Below are positions 24,601 to 37,788 of a DNA stretch of 64,000 bases, in pieces. Both the position numbers and the translations under genes were made by a program. Every line of letters begins with the position of its first letter. The first letter of the stretch is position 1. Below the pieces are notes generated by a model that did no database searches, was not told the origin of the DNA, and saw only the letters and a list, made by a program, of their open reading frames with translations. The stretch comes from Camelus dromedarius (Eukaryota), in contig NC_087437.1 in NCBI RefSeq assembly GCF_036321535.1, positions 78,184,001 to 78,248,000 on the forward strand. Reading direction: 5' to 3'.

Positions 24601-27600
24601 CAACTATAATGCAATCATAATCCAATTTTGAAAGTACATTTAATGAGGCCAATAGACAAATCTCAAAACTAAAGTGCTTCATTTGTGGTGTTTCTCCAAA
24701 GATATTCACATAGAGAGAGATTGGTGTCTATTATTTTACACGATTTTATTTATTTTTTACCTTTGTCTTCCTCTTTATTTTCCTCATGTTCTTCCTTTAC
24801 TTCATGAGTTGCTTTTAGTTGCTCTCTTGGGACATTTGAAACTTTCTTTAAACTTCAATTGCAACACCTTTCATACAATTCTTAATTGCCTATCATACTA
24901 TTTAAAGAGTGTGTCTAAACATTATTTAAATTGTTCCGCACTTGAGCACATGTTCCCTTCTCCTGATAGGTCTGTCTGGGTGTGTAGCATTGTCATGAGG
25001 CAGAGATTCTGAACTAACTAGAAAGAACTTTCGCTCTCTTTTAGCTGGACCGTGATGTGTCATATTCTGTCACGTCATAGCTTATCAGCCTCAGCCATTT
25101 TACCAAAACTGAGTTTCTCGCCCCTCTTTTTTTTTGTTGTTGTTGTTGATGTTGTTGAAGTCTATCTTATTTCTGACGACCTCATAGAAATTTTTGCTAA
25201 GCTAAAAGGAACTTTTATATTCCTTTTTGTTTTCCTCCTGGACTATCTCTAGAAAAAAAGCATTTCCAAACATCTGCTAGGTCTTTTTTAGATCCCCTTT
25301 TGACGTGAGTTCCTAATACTGTTCCCTAGTTTCTATTTGGCGTGTATATTCTTTTAACAACTGCGTAACAGCTTGGGTGGGATTAGCTTTCTCTATTTGT
25401 ATTTATGTGTCTCTGTTTGTCTCCCTCTCTGCCTCTCTCTGTCTCTGTCTCTCTCTCACACACAGAGGTATGAACACACAGCCCACCTCCCATTAATAGC
25501 CAGTTATTTTACAGGTGTGGGGAAATACAACACTTGAGGAAAATAATATGTCTACTTTAAGGAAAATGATACTGGGTTTGGTAGCAGGACATTAAAAGAA
25601 CAGAGCATGTAATTGCCACCATTCCGTTTTGCATAACTGTTGTCTGTGTCATTGTTTAATGGTAAAACTAATTGTTTTACCCACCTCTTACATTCCTGTC
25701 TTGTGATGGAATATAGGCCAAATCATTAATATCTAAACATTTCCATCTATTTTTTCACACATATCTTTTTGTTGCTTGCTAATTGATGCTATTTGATCAT
25801 TGAATAATCAATAATCATGAAAAGATTTACATAAGATTTTTCTTTTAAAAAATTGCCAATGGTTTCTATTATATTTTTAACTTTATTGCATTAAAGAAAA
25901 ATAGCTTAACCCTATTGTCTGACTCAAACTGGATAGCTTCATATTTTAAACTTTTGACTAAAACTGTTCATAAGAATTGAATAAAATGTCTGTATATGTT
26001 GATTAAGTTAACCAATATATTAGAATCAGTACTAAAACATCTGAGAGTGTAACAAAGACCATGAGAATATTCCCATTCCAGGTTACAGTAAGCCATGTAT
26101 ATTTCTCACAGTGCTAATTGACAGATACACACTAAACACTGTGATCAACTCTGAACTCTCTTTTTCTCAATTAAAAATTACTCTATCATTTTAGGTCCTT
26201 TGTGATTTACGTGATGGCCTTCCCTTCTCCTTCCTCTGTCAGCAAACCCAAACCTCATTATTAGATTTTCTGATATAGTGATAAAACAAATCATATGTTT
26301 CACATACTTTTTGTCTACAGATTTACTCAGTATCAGCTCATTAAGTTAATAGATGTTAACTAGCATTCCATAAAAAGGAAATTCTTCTTATTTTATACTT
26401 TAATTATAGTAATAAATGATTAAATATGCTTTAATAAATATGTCTAATACTTAAAATGTAATTTCTGTTAATATTTCCACTGATTTAATTATTGTAACCT
26501 TTTATGTGCTATAAAATTATATTGATATCATATATAAAATATAGATATATAAAAATATCAATGGTGCTATCTAGTGCTAATCCTATTATAACTGCAGATT
26601 TGTAATAGAGTCCTTGGGATTTTCCTTCTGCTCTGAGATACTTGGTAATTCACTTAGCACAGATATATCACTTACATCCATAAAAAAGGCATAACTCATA
26701 ACTCTCCTTCAGTGAGCCTGATTTTGAACCTGAATCTTGTCATTTAAAGGCAATGATGCATTTTATATGTAACTCAAGAATAACAATTTCAAAATTTGTT
26801 GGTCAATCAGATATTACTTCTGTAAACTCTATGATAAAGTTTACAATGTATTTTAATTTTGCAATAAAATCTTGCAAATATTATTAATCTTAGATCATTA
26901 AATAGAAGATTTGGTGTGACTCTGACGTCTCTTGCTAATGCATCATTTTTTCTTGCTAATTATTCTTTATTCCCCTCTGCTAATCTTCATCACATTTCTC
27001 TCTGGTAGTCTGTATGTTTGTTACAGTTAATTTTTGATGTCAGCCCTGTAGTTTTTAACAAGGGCTGTACATACATATACATATATATACTCTGAAGAAT
27101 GGGTTTGAGCACATATCACCATCTTTTCTCATTTATTTCCATGAAAATGTTCCATGCGGTTAGGGTCCGAGGATAGAGCTCTTTGCAGGCCTGCCTCCGT
27201 CTGCCTCCTCCACTTGTCTTTTGAGAGCCTCCACTTTGAGAACTTTTGAAATTGTGGTCTTGATGTCTCTCAGTAAACAGAATTGCTAGAGATATTTTTT
27301 GAGTCTAAAAATCTCAGTATTATTGAGTCAAATCTATTTATACTCTGCTTCTACCAAGAGGGATTTGAAGCCTGAGCCCTCAAAGTGACCTTTTTCTGAA
27401 GAGCTATTCCCAGAACTGGAGGAACAAACATCTCTGTGGTAAGAGTTGAAGCCATGGCGGGGACCACTCGGGCTACTCAGAGGGAGCAATTTTGATAAGA
27501 AACACGATTTAGGGAGAAATCTGGAGAAGATGAAATGCATATTCTTGTTTCATAAAAGTGGGGCTGAATGGGTTAATGGAGAATTTTTTAAAACACCCTA

Positions 27601-28722
27601 ATAAAGTGGAATAGAAAAATGACTAAAACTAGCTTTTGTAATCCCAATCAAGCCACCATTATATGTTTACATTCCTCTGGAATATAGTAGAATTGTGCTG
27701 GATTTTTATGGATTAACTATTGGGAAAAAAATCACTGAATTGAAATATGGAATACATGTGACTTGAATTAATGTGAGCAAGTAACTTAATCATGGGGCAT
27801 GTTACTTTATTTTTGTGGCATAAGTTGATTTTTCCATAAATGTCAAAAGTTGGAATGTAAGGATCCTAATATTCTTTTAAAATTTTAAATATAAATTTGG
27901 ATGTTGTGAAATTTTTTCTTTTCTTCCAAGTGTAAGCTATCTCTTTTCGTCTATGGTTTATAGCACAGTGATGTTTGATTTCTTTTTCAATACTTCTAAG
28001 GGTGGTGCTGGTAAAATATGCATAATTATGTCAATAAAGAAGTTTTTTAACTCACCATATAGGAAAATTTAGTTTGCGTATGGTTAGGTTTTTTCATGCG
28101 CCAAGTTATACTCCATTTTTTTTTAATGGGAAAGCGATATATATGTGGGAAATGGGACTGGCCTTAAGCATAGGAAGATTTAACCTTAGCCTGCAGTTTC
28201 ATCATTAGTTGTTCATTCCCCAGTGTTAAGACATTACATATCCATTAAGACTCTGGTTAAACTATAGATACCTATGGGAGCTATTGAACATGAAATGATT
28301 AAAGTCTATAATAAACTAATTTACTAGAGTAACAAGCAGGTTCCTAAAGACCTGACTGTGGAATACATAGATTTTAATATGGGGTGATTCCTTGGGATAT
28401 ATCTGGTAGCAAGACTCGGCTACAGACCACCAGACACTGTAGGGGATATATATCAACAGAGAGGAGACTTGCATCAAGGGGAATTTAGTCACCACTTCCT
28501 GGTATTTGTACTTCCTTCTATTTCTGTATCTGCTTCTCAATCACAACTGTCACAACTCCCATGATCTCACATTTGTATGAGAATATCTTAACTTGTCCTC
28601 TCCCTACTCTTGCTTCCCTTTGATACCCTTTCCCTTTCTCGGCAATTCCCAGAATGCTTTTTCCCAAAGTCAGACTTTATCATATTATTGCAGAGAATAA
28701 GTGAATTTCTTTTGTATGAATC

Positions 28723-28911
28723 CTTTTTTCTTTATTTAATTTTTTATTTTAGTACAATTTTAAAGGTTACTTTCCATTTACAGGTATTACAAAATATTGG
28801 CTATCTTCTCCGTGTTGTACAACACATCCTTGAGTCTATCTTACACCCAGTAGTTGGTACCTCACACCCCCCTACCCCTGGTAACCACTCTTTTGATCTG
28901 TATATCTGTGA
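28723..28911 (-). mobile_element. Short LINE-1 3' tail (same family as 1419-1718)
   Basis: 'ccatttacaggtattacaaaatattggctatcttctccgtgttgtacaacacatccttg' is near-identical to about 1458-1515. Confidence 0.85.
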
Positions 28912-29199
28912 GAAAAGACAGTGAACCTTCAAGAGCAGATCTTTTGTTTGTGTTATTTCATGTCTTTTTTTCCTTTATAACCAGTTTCTCATCTTGAACA
29001 AGGGGACTGGGAATTTCAGAGAATGAAAGATCTAAGCATCTCTGTCAATAACTGAAGAGAGTGCAGGATGCACCTCGGGAGCCAGAGCCTCAGTCATTGT
29101 GGCAATGGGGTTGAAACAGAGTGGGACCATGTGGGGTCCTCCAGTGTACAAACCGTTTCTAGTTTGTAGGACATAAGCTTCATTCGGCCTCCTTGACCT

Positions 29200-29660
29200 T
29201 CCCTGAGTTCCCATGAATCTCTTAGTTTGGCAGAGAATCTTCATAGTCCAGCCGACCTCATTCTCTCTCTTGCCACACCTTCCCTCCATGCCAGCCATCT
29301 TGAATTACTTGAGTTTCCTCAAACAATGTCCTTCTTGCTGCCTCTGTGCTTTTTTTACATCTTATAGTTGCTTGAATTACTTTTCTTACCTTTCCTTTTC
29401 TGCCCCATGAACTCTTTACTAATTTTTGCAGTCACACCTAAAATACCTTCTCCTATATGAGGATTCCATGGATTAACCAAAATTCTTCCTTTGCCTCATT
29501 TCTCTATCTGTAGTATCTCTATTGCTTCATTGCCGCACTTTACTGCAAATAATTGATTAAATATCTGTTCCTCGATGCCAGGGCTGGGTCGTATTTGTCT
29601 TAACATTCTTAGTTCCTTGCATTATGTGGGCATATGGTGGAGACTTAATACTTCTTTGTC
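29200..29660 (+). mobile_element. L2 LINE 3' fragment
   Basis: 'ccagccatcttgaattacttgagtttcctcaaaca...gggcatatggtggagacttaata' follows the L2 3' consensus. Confidence 0.6.
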
Positions 29661-29894
29661 TGATACAAGTGATTTGGTTCTGAAACTAGTCTTTGACTTT
29701 CAACTTTCAACGATAAGAAAACTTACAATTCTTAGTTTAATGCTAAGGAATAATTGATTACGAATTCAAGTTCCTCACTTTATTATTTTCTTTAACACCC
29801 TGATCTTCAAAATATGATTAAAAATTCAGACACTTTAGAATATTTATAATTTTCTGAAATTGGCAATTAAACAAGTGTTAAATTGGTCCAGCTA

Positions 29895-30328
29895 TGGGCC
29901 ATAGACTGGTTCCCTGGGAAACAAACTCTGAGGTGAGAATTTGCATGCAGAATATTTATTGGAGAACGCTGCTGGGAGCAGCTCCTGGGAGGAATGAGAA
30001 AAGCAGGATTCTGCGGAGAGACAACTTGAATTGTGCAATTGCACCAAAGGCCTTAGCCAATCTCAGGCTGAGTTCTAGAGTTTGTGAATGCTCAGAGATG
30101 TCTCAAACTGAGGCAAGGGTGCCAAGCCTCTGCGTAGACCAGTCCTTTGATGTGGGATGTTCCTGAGAAGAAGGTAACCCCTGGCTGGGACAGCCCCCTT
30201 CCTCTAAGGGCAATTCCTAAAGATGTCTCAGATGTGATCTCTGAGCAGCCAACACTCCCAGCAGCTAAAGGAGTGAGGGCCTTGGTTGTGGAAGGCAAAT
30301 CTGGGTGGTAAACCACAGCATCCCCTAC
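29895..30328 (-). mobile_element. Solo LTR, ERVL LTR16-like
   Basis: 'ggttccctgggaaacaaactctgaggtgagaatttgcatgcagaatatttattgg' to 'ctgggtggtaaaccacagcatcccctac'. Minus-strand AATAAA. Homologous to 34545-34968 and 39410-39845. Confidence 0.85.
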
Positions 30329-32454
30329 TCTGCAGTTCTTGGAGGTTTTCTAATTAATGAATGTTTTGGTTAGTCTTTTACCTGGGCTGCAGTCTCAGAT
30401 GAGATTGATGATTTGGTAGGAAGGACTAACTGGTATTTAAAGCTCTTTCCATCCCTCCCTCTCCAACAACGCAATTCTATTCGCTTCTTAATGCACCCTT
30501 CCCTTCTTTGTGCCTGTAGCCACTGGCTTTTATCTTCTTTTTATGAGCAGCAGCTTCACAAAAATAATTAGAAAAGGTAATCATTTAGAACCACACTAAA
30601 ACAGAGAGCTCACAAATAAGTACAATTAAGCTATTGTGTTTATTTACAGGGCTGCTATTAAGATAATTAAAGAGAGAAAGTAATATTGTGTTTAGACAGA
30701 AACAGTGGGAGGAAGAGGTTGGGCTTGTAGAACAAATTAAGCCACGAGAAAATGCTTTACTGAAAAATATGACTCTTATCAACATATGTTTTCACTTAAC
30801 TGCACTGACTAAAGCCATTTTCAATGATGGTGACTCCTTCTGCCTCTTTATATCCATCACTATCTTGTTCTCACTGCAACATTTTTAATAAGCAGGCTCT
30901 GCTGGGTGGTGACTTAAGGAAAACATCGTGTGGAAGCCAAGGAGAACAACAAACTGAGGTGAAAGAAATCATCCGAAAGTGACTAAAATTATGAGCTGTG
31001 GATTATAATTTAGTGCTAATGGTCCATTTGGGGCCTCAGGATTTTTTCACATGAAGGGCCAGGGAGACATAAAAGGGAAAATTTCCCATATGAACACTCC
31101 CCTCTTTCAAAAGAAGGAGAAATAAGATTAAAGGCGAGTTTTATGATATTGTCATAGAAGCTGGGCTTTTTTTTATGATTTGGTTTATTTATTTTGCTCT
31201 AGGCATTATTTGTTCCATTTAACCCTTCTTTTTTATTAGAAACACCACAATAGCTGCCCTAGCCTGTCAGCGCTGAACTCTGATTGGAGATCCCAGCAGA
31301 TCTCGGTGGAATTTAGATATACGGTGCCTCCAAAGTTGTTGTTTCAAAAAGAAGTCTGCTTTTCTTTTCCCAAAATCATAACTTTCCATGACTGCCGAAC
31401 TTTGTGTGTGTATGTGTATATTTAGTAATATAATTTAAGTGTCTCTATATAGATAACTCTACGTTCACCCACCTTCACTGTCTCATGACCTTTCTCAGCA
31501 GAGAGTCATCTATAAAAGAAAATGCAGGTCAAACATTAAAAATGAAAGGCTTGAAAGGAAAAGTATGTCTCACACAAAAGAGCAAAAATAGAGAAATGCT
31601 TTGCATGACACATAGCAGAATGTCCTAATTTCTCCTTTCTCATCTGAGTCCCGAAAACCTCATTTGTCACTGGAACTGCTCCTCTCAAGTAACTGTCGGT
31701 ACCCTTTTTCCAATGTCTTCTCCATCCTAGCCTCTGCTGGGAGAAGTCTCCCCCCACTTCTCCATCGTAATTGTGGGCTCTGTTCCATTCTGATATACAC
31801 ATACCAAGGAATTCAACTTAGCCTCTCTCTTTTTGTTGCAACTCTGTCCATCAAACACTACACTAGAAGACAAAGAAGCCTGCTAATGAAATCCACATTC
31901 CACCACAAATAGAGTGCTCCAAACAGGGTTTTGAATACCCAAATTTCATATCAGTATCTGTTACATATAATTCTGACTCTCATTAGCATTCTGTAGTTTT
32001 ACACTGGTTAGACACCCAGTATAAAGGCCAGTACTTTAAGAATATATGCTAAAAAAAGATGGTATGTTAAGACATCTTATTGCTCGGCTACAGTAGGATA
32101 ATGTAATATTATATTTCCAGAAGGCACTCATATGAAAGAGAATTGCTGAGGATTCTGGATGATTTAGTTAATGTAGAAGAGACAGCCACAGTACTTTTCC
32201 ATCTAAAACGATGGTCCCCGTAATCAATTCTACTTCCACTAGAACTGACTTTCCTGAGCTTATTAGTTTAGATGTATGTAAAATTCACAAAGCACTCATA
32301 TCTTATATAATTCTTTTGACAATATTGGAGTAAACTTCGGCTATCTTTTTGTCTTAGCTAACTCCATTTTTCATTCTATTTGAATAGATCTCATTTGTTT
32401 CTTCTCTTTGTCATAAAATTCATTTAACCTGTTTCTATCTCAGTGGCCCTTGCA

Positions 32455-32590
32455 TAGTTATCCTCTCTCATAGATGGGAACAATGAAGCTCAAGAAAGTT
32501 AACAGGCACACAGATGAATACATATTAAAAAGCTAAGCAAAATTACCCAATCCATTCTTTTATCTCCAAATCTAGTACTGTGTTCATTAC
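32455..32590 (-). mobile_element. MIR fragment
   Basis: 'ttatcctctctcatagatgggaacaatgaagctcaagaaagttaa'. Confidence 0.5.
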
Positions 32591-33788
32591 ACCTCAGAAT
32601 CCCATTCAAAAGGGCGTAACTGGGACTTAAGAAGAGGCTGTGGCTAAGTGTTCCACATAAAGAAAGTATAAATGTTGACAAAATCGGTATGGGCGGTGGG
32701 GATTCTGAATAAAGAGCCTCATCAAACCAACAAACCACATTTCCTGCATTTTTCCCTGTAGCAAGGATGGTCTTTGAGGTGTGGACTGCATTTAGAAGAA
32801 GGTTTAGGTAACAGATTTATTTCTAACGCATCAAACACTTTGTATAAGGACAATTGGGTGGAGGGAAAGGGCTCATTTAATTCAATACTGCTGGTCTAGT
32901 TATGACTAGGAAATACATATGTTCTTATATTTCCTGCTTTGAGAACTGTGTCTAGTTACATGGCAGGAACTTTGGAGCCATATACGTATACTATCAAATG
33001 CTTTTTGTATCTCAGAATTTTTGTATACCCAACGTCCTTTAAAATTTTACATCTGCTTGTAGCCAGGAAATGTATTTCAAGAAATATTTGTCTCCATTGC
33101 ATCCCATTCCCTCAGTTCTCTGACGTTAGTTCTCCCTTCTTTCCGTGGTGCTTTCCCACGGATGGGATCAAAAGCCTTTTCCTTTATTGCTCTTGGCATC
33201 TGGAAGAAGCTTCTTGCATTTCTCTGCATCGTTGACACTATCTCTTCTCTTTTTTTTTTCATATAGTTCTTGAAAGTCTCCTCTGTCTTGCCTAGAGCTC
33301 TCTTAATTTTCTTCTCCCTTTGTGGTCGTTTAACTGTGAAATTGTATTATTTAACTTTATGCATTATTTTGAGATTCTGTATATGTAAGTCACAGTGTGA
33401 ATAAAGTGCTCCTTGAATTAGGTTTGTGGGTTCAATGGAAAGTTTTGCTTAAACAGTAGTTGCAGTAAGTTGGATTCTTTCCTGATACTTACTTTTGGCA
33501 ATTTAAACCAATATGATACTGGAAAGGAAAAACTGCTTCTACACGGTCAACATAAGCTTTTTTACTTTTCATATAGAAATGATTCAGCATTAAACATGCT
33601 AACCGTCCCCTCCCTATTTTAGTGAGTCCCCTAAATACTGCAATATGTATTATGTTATTTGGAAACTGGTTGTTATTAAATTACATAAATAGGCACTATA
33701 ACACTGACAAGTTTCAAACTTACTAAGCCATATAAAAACACTGATAAATATTCTTGTTTATTTTGGCTTTGCTTTTAGGGTAATCTTC

Positions 33789-34285
33789 TGTTGTAGATAC
33801 TTATGAGTTGCCTACCCATTATCTATTTCCTCTGGTCTCCCGACTAACAGAACCTCAATTTGAGACAGCAAGGTGACAGCAGTTAGGTATGCCAAAGGAA
33901 CTTGTTCTGGTCAATGAGATAGAACCAGAAATATCTGGGGAGAGGTGGTTGGAAAACATTTTAAAGGGGGTATAAAGTCATTTGACCTCTGCCTGTTGCA
34001 ATTTGCCCTTTGACTTTTTCTATTCTTCATCATTCTCATTCTTCCTATGAGGAAAGGAAAACAATGCCTATAAATTCAGCAACTATGCTGTGAGCCCGAG
34101 GAAAACAGTCCCACACAAGGAATGGAAGAGCTCAGTCAGAGAAAAGTCCGAGTTGCTGGTGACGTTACGGATCTGTCATGCCAACTTTGGACTACCTACT
34201 ACCTATGTGAAAATTTCTTGATAGATGAGAAAAATAACTCCTTATTCTTTTAAGTGAACATAGCTCGGTTTCAGTTACAGAGTTA
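33789..34285 (+). mobile_element. MaLR solo LTR (MLT1J/K-like)
   Basis: 'ttctggtcaatgagatagaaccagaa', 'ttgctggtgacgttacggatctgtcatgccaactttggactacc' and 'tgagaaaaataactccttattc' are MLT1 hallmarks. Confidence 0.75.
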
Positions 34286-34389
34286 TATTCAGTTACATCT
34301 GCATGTAAAACTTAATGATTATATTATCAGCATTGCAGTGGCTTAGGGGCTCCATTCTAGCTGCGCAACATGAAAGACAGATATCTTAC

Positions 34390-34540
34390 TGCGGAGGTTG
34401 TCCTGACCCCTCCCCTTTGCATCTCTATAACCAGTCAGGTCTGGGTTGAGTGCTCCTACTATGCTTCAGTGGTGCTACTGCTTACTTCTGTCAAACCTTT
34501 TATTGTACAGATTTATAGTTGCTTGTTTGACTTTCATCAC
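34390..34540 (+). mobile_element. L2 3' region, left half (continues at 39848)
   Basis: 'gtctgggttgagtgctcctactatgcttc...ttatagttgcttgtttgact'. Confidence 0.6.
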
Positions 34541-34544
34541 TTCT

Positions 34545-34968
34545 TAGATCAGGTTGCCTGGGAAACAAACAATAAGACAGAGATTTGCTTGGAGGAAGTA
34601 TATTGCAGTGTATCCTCCAGATCAACACTTAGTGGTGGACTAAGGAAGAGGGAATGAAAAAAGGGAAGATTAAATCTGTGATTTAATCACAACAAGGGCT
34701 TCAGACAAAAAGAGGGGGAGGGGGCTGTGCTGCTGGGATAATTGGACAATTTTGAGGTAAGAGGACTGGAATATTGTATTAACCCCTTTCCCTCATACAA
34801 CCAGTCTTTGGATATGGGCTTTTCTCAGGGAGGAAACAAGAATGTTAGCAAGGAGACTTTCTTTGGCTGAGGGCAATACTCAAAGGAACTTTCAGCTCAC
34901 GGCCATCAGCTACTAACTCTTTAGCAGCTGGAGGAATGAGCACCACAGTCCTGGAAAGAGGATGTGCA
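34545..34968 (-). mobile_element. LTR16-like 3' LTR of an ERVL provirus (its last few bases displaced to about 35500-35512)
   Basis: 'ggttgcctgggaaacaaacaataagacagagatttgcttggaggaag' to 'gcagctggaggaatgagcacc'. Same family and orientation as 39410-39845. Confidence 0.8.
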
Positions 34969-34969
34969 C

Positions 34970-35392
34970 TGTGGTAGACATGGAGAGGCTCTGCCCAAAC
35001 TCCCTTTGAGGAAGCACTTTCTGTCCAACTGCTGGAATGTAGTCACCAGACAGTCATCACTGATCAGTCCCTTCAGGGACTGGCTCAGCTGCAAAGAGCT
35101 GCCTTCACCAAATTCTAGGGTGCTCCTTCCAGTGACATATCAATGGGGTGTAAAGCCCTATCCATTTTGGCCCTAAGCACGAAAACTCCAGTGGGACGTT
35201 TTAGCTCCAGAGTCCCCCCCGGGAGTTGACTGAGGCTGTGCAGGTCAACATCACAGCTTGACTTCTGCATTTGCTCAGTCCTGCTTCCTCCTTCTACCTC
35301 CCACCAGTGTTGGTCCTATGGGCAATCCCTAATAAATGTCCTGCACACTAAACTCTGTTTCAGAATGTGCTTTCTGGAGAGTGTACCTGCAA
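34970..35392 (+). mobile_element. LTR16A-like solo LTR in the opposite orientation
   Basis: Starts 'tgtggtagacatggagagg'. Ends 'ccctAATAAAtgtcctgcacactaaactctgtttcagaatgtgctttctggaga...acctgc', the reverse complement of the neighbouring LTR16 ends. Confidence 0.8.
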
Positions 35393-35399
35393 ACTCACT

Positions 35400-35500
35400 T
35401 GGCTTTCAGGCTGAGAATCATTTTTGTACATCTCTTCCCAACTTCATGTTCAATTACCTTGTTAGCTTTAAATCAGCCATAATGAGAGTACTTACATTAT
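35400..35500. mobile_element. MER63-like hAT fragment
   Basis: 'catctcttcccaacttcatgttca...gttagctttaaatcagccataatgagagtacttaca' resembles the MER63 core. Confidence 0.65.
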
Positions 35501-35512
35501 AGCATCCACCGT

Positions 35513-35679
35513 AGGCCAGTGCTTGTGCTGGTTGGATCCACTTGCTTCACTTAATAATTTATGGAAATAACTCCTTCAGAATCCTGGTGATCTCTTTTAT
35601 TGGAGAAATTTATAGAAAAAAAGTTAGTGGGGGGAGTAGCAGCCCCATTGCTGCAAATGATTTTGAGGTTGCAGTTGAT
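35513..35679 (-). mobile_element. ERVL (ERV3-16A3/HERV16-like) internal 3' end
   Basis: 'ggatccacttgcttc...cagaatcctggtgatctcttt...gttagtggg...cagccccattgctgca...gcagttgat' resembles the internal sequence that abuts LTR16 3' LTRs. Confidence 0.65.
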
Positions 35680-37788
35680 TCTTTTTTTTTAATAGAAGTA
35701 TAATTGACTTACAAGTTTATATTAATTTCAGGTGTACAACAGTGTGGTTTAATTTTTATGCATTACCAAATAATCACCATAAGTTTAGTTACTATCTGTC
35801 GCCATACAAATTTGTTACAGTATTCCCAATGCTGTACATTACATCCCTATGACTTTTTTATTTTGTAACTGGAAATTTGTACCACTTAATCACTCCTACC
35901 TGTTTCACTCATCCCACCATCCCCTCCCATCTGGCAACCACCAGCTCTCTGCATCTATGAGTCTGCTTCTGTTTTGTGTGTGTGTGTGTGTGTGTGTGTT
36001 TGTGTGTTTGTTTGTTTTTCAGATACCACATATAAGTGAAATCATATGGTATTTGTCTTTCTCTGACTTATTTTACTTAGTGTAGTACTCTCTATTCCAT
36101 CCACATTATTGCAAATGACAAGATTTAATTCTTTTTCTATGGCTAATTATATACCACATCTTCTTTATTTATTCATCTATCAGTGGACACTTAGGTTGCT
36201 TCCATATCTTGATTATTGCAAATAATGCTTCAGTGAACATGGGGGTGCATATCTTTTGGAATTAGTGTTCTTGTTTTACTTATATAAATAGCCAGGAGTA
36301 GAATTGATGGATAATATGACAGTTCTATTTTTAATTTTTTGAGGAAACTCCATACAATTTTTCATAGCAGCTGTACCAATTTATGTTCCCAAAAACAGTG
36401 CATGAGGGTTTCTATTTTTCCACATCCTCTCCAACACTTGTTATTTGTTGTCTTTTTGATAATAGCCATTCTGACAAGAGTGAGATGACATCTCATTGTG
36501 CTTTTGATTTTCATTATCCTCATGATTAATGATGTTGAGCGTCTTTTCATGTCTGTTGGCTATCTCTATGTCTTCTTTGGAAAAATTGTCTATTCAAGTC
36601 CTCTGCCCTCTCATCAGTGTCTTACAGTTTTCCAAGTACAATTCTTTACCTCTTTGGTTAGATTTATTCCTAGGTATTTTATTCTTTTTGATGAAGTTGT
36701 AAATAGGCTTTTTTGCTTAATTTGTCTTTCTGATTATTTTATTGTTAGTGTATAGAAATGCAACAGATTTCTGCAAATTAATTTTGTATCCTACAACTTT
36801 ACTGAATTCACTTATTAGTACTAATAGTTTTTTGATGGCATCTTTAGGATTTTCTATATAATAGTATTATGTCATCTGCAAACAAGGACAGTTTTGCTTC
36901 TTTCTTTCCAGTGTAGATTCCCTTTATTTGATTTATTCTTTTTTGTCTGATTGGTGTGTCTAGGGCTTAGAATGTAAATTGAAAAACAGTGGAGACAGTG
37001 GTCATCTTTGACTTGTTCTTAATCTTAGAGGATGTGATTTCAGCTTTTCACTCTGAGTATGTGTGGGCTGTAGGTTTGTCACGTGTGGCCTTTATTATAT
37101 TGAAATATGTTCCCTCTATACTCATTTTGTTGAGAGCTTTTATCACACATGGATGTTGAATTTTGTGAAAAGCTTTTTCTGCATCTATTGAGATGATCAT
37201 ATGATTTTTATTCTTCAATTTGTTAACATAGTGAATCACACTGACTAATGAGCAAATATTGAACCATCCTTGCATCCCTGGGATAAATCCCACTTGATCA
37301 TGGTGTATGGTCTTTATGATGTATTATTGAATTAAGTTTGTTAATATTTTTTGAGGATTTTTGCATCTAGACTCATCAGTGATATTGACCTGTAATTTTC
37401 CTTTTTTTGTGGTGTTTTTGGCATAAGGTTGATGCTAGCCTCATAGAGTGAATTCAGAAGCATTCCTTCCTCTTCAATTTTTTGGAATAGTTTGAGGAGG
37501 ATATGTATTAATTCTTTTTTAAATGTTTGGTAGAATTCTGCTATGAAGTCATCTTGTCCTAGATTTTTGTTGGGAGTATTTTGATTACTGACTCAGTTTA
37601 ATTACTGGTAATTGATCTGTTCATATTTTCTATTTCTCTCTGACTTAATCTTGACAGACTTTATATTTCTAGAAATTTATTTATTTCTTCTAGGTTATCC
37701 ATTTTATTGGTGTGTATTATTCATAGCAGTCTCTCATTTTTCTTTGTATTTCTGTGGTATCAGTAGTAACTTCTCTTTCATTTCTGTC
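35680..37788 (-). mobile_element. 5'-truncated LINE-1 (L1MA9/laurasiatherian type) with an internal deletion near 36608
   Basis: Poly(T) and 3' UTR at left. ORF 36362-36550 ([27 protein letters not shown]) is the ORF2 cysteine-rich domain. ORF 37048-37293 ([12 protein letters not shown]...[12 protein letters not shown]) is the RT domain. Confidence 0.95.

Noticed and set aside
24464..25012. Overlapping 81-aa (-) and 112-aa (+) ORFs in unique DNA
   Set aside because: No recognisable homology, composition is explained by AT/pyrimidine skew, and there is no convincing splice-site framing.
25078..25088. TAGCTTATCAG is identical to the first 11 nt of miR-21-5p
   Set aside because: The match ends at 11 nt (continues CCTCAGCC rather than ACTGATG) and I see no complementary hairpin arm. 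It would be a miR-21 target site only if the minus strand were transcribed, for which there is no evidence.
36362..37293. ORFs with reverse-transcriptase and cysteine-rich motifs (also 50524-50712 and 4123-4368)
   Set aside because: These are short in-frame remnants of dead LINE-1 ORF2/ORF1 surrounded by stops and frameshifts, not functional genes or a novel RT system.
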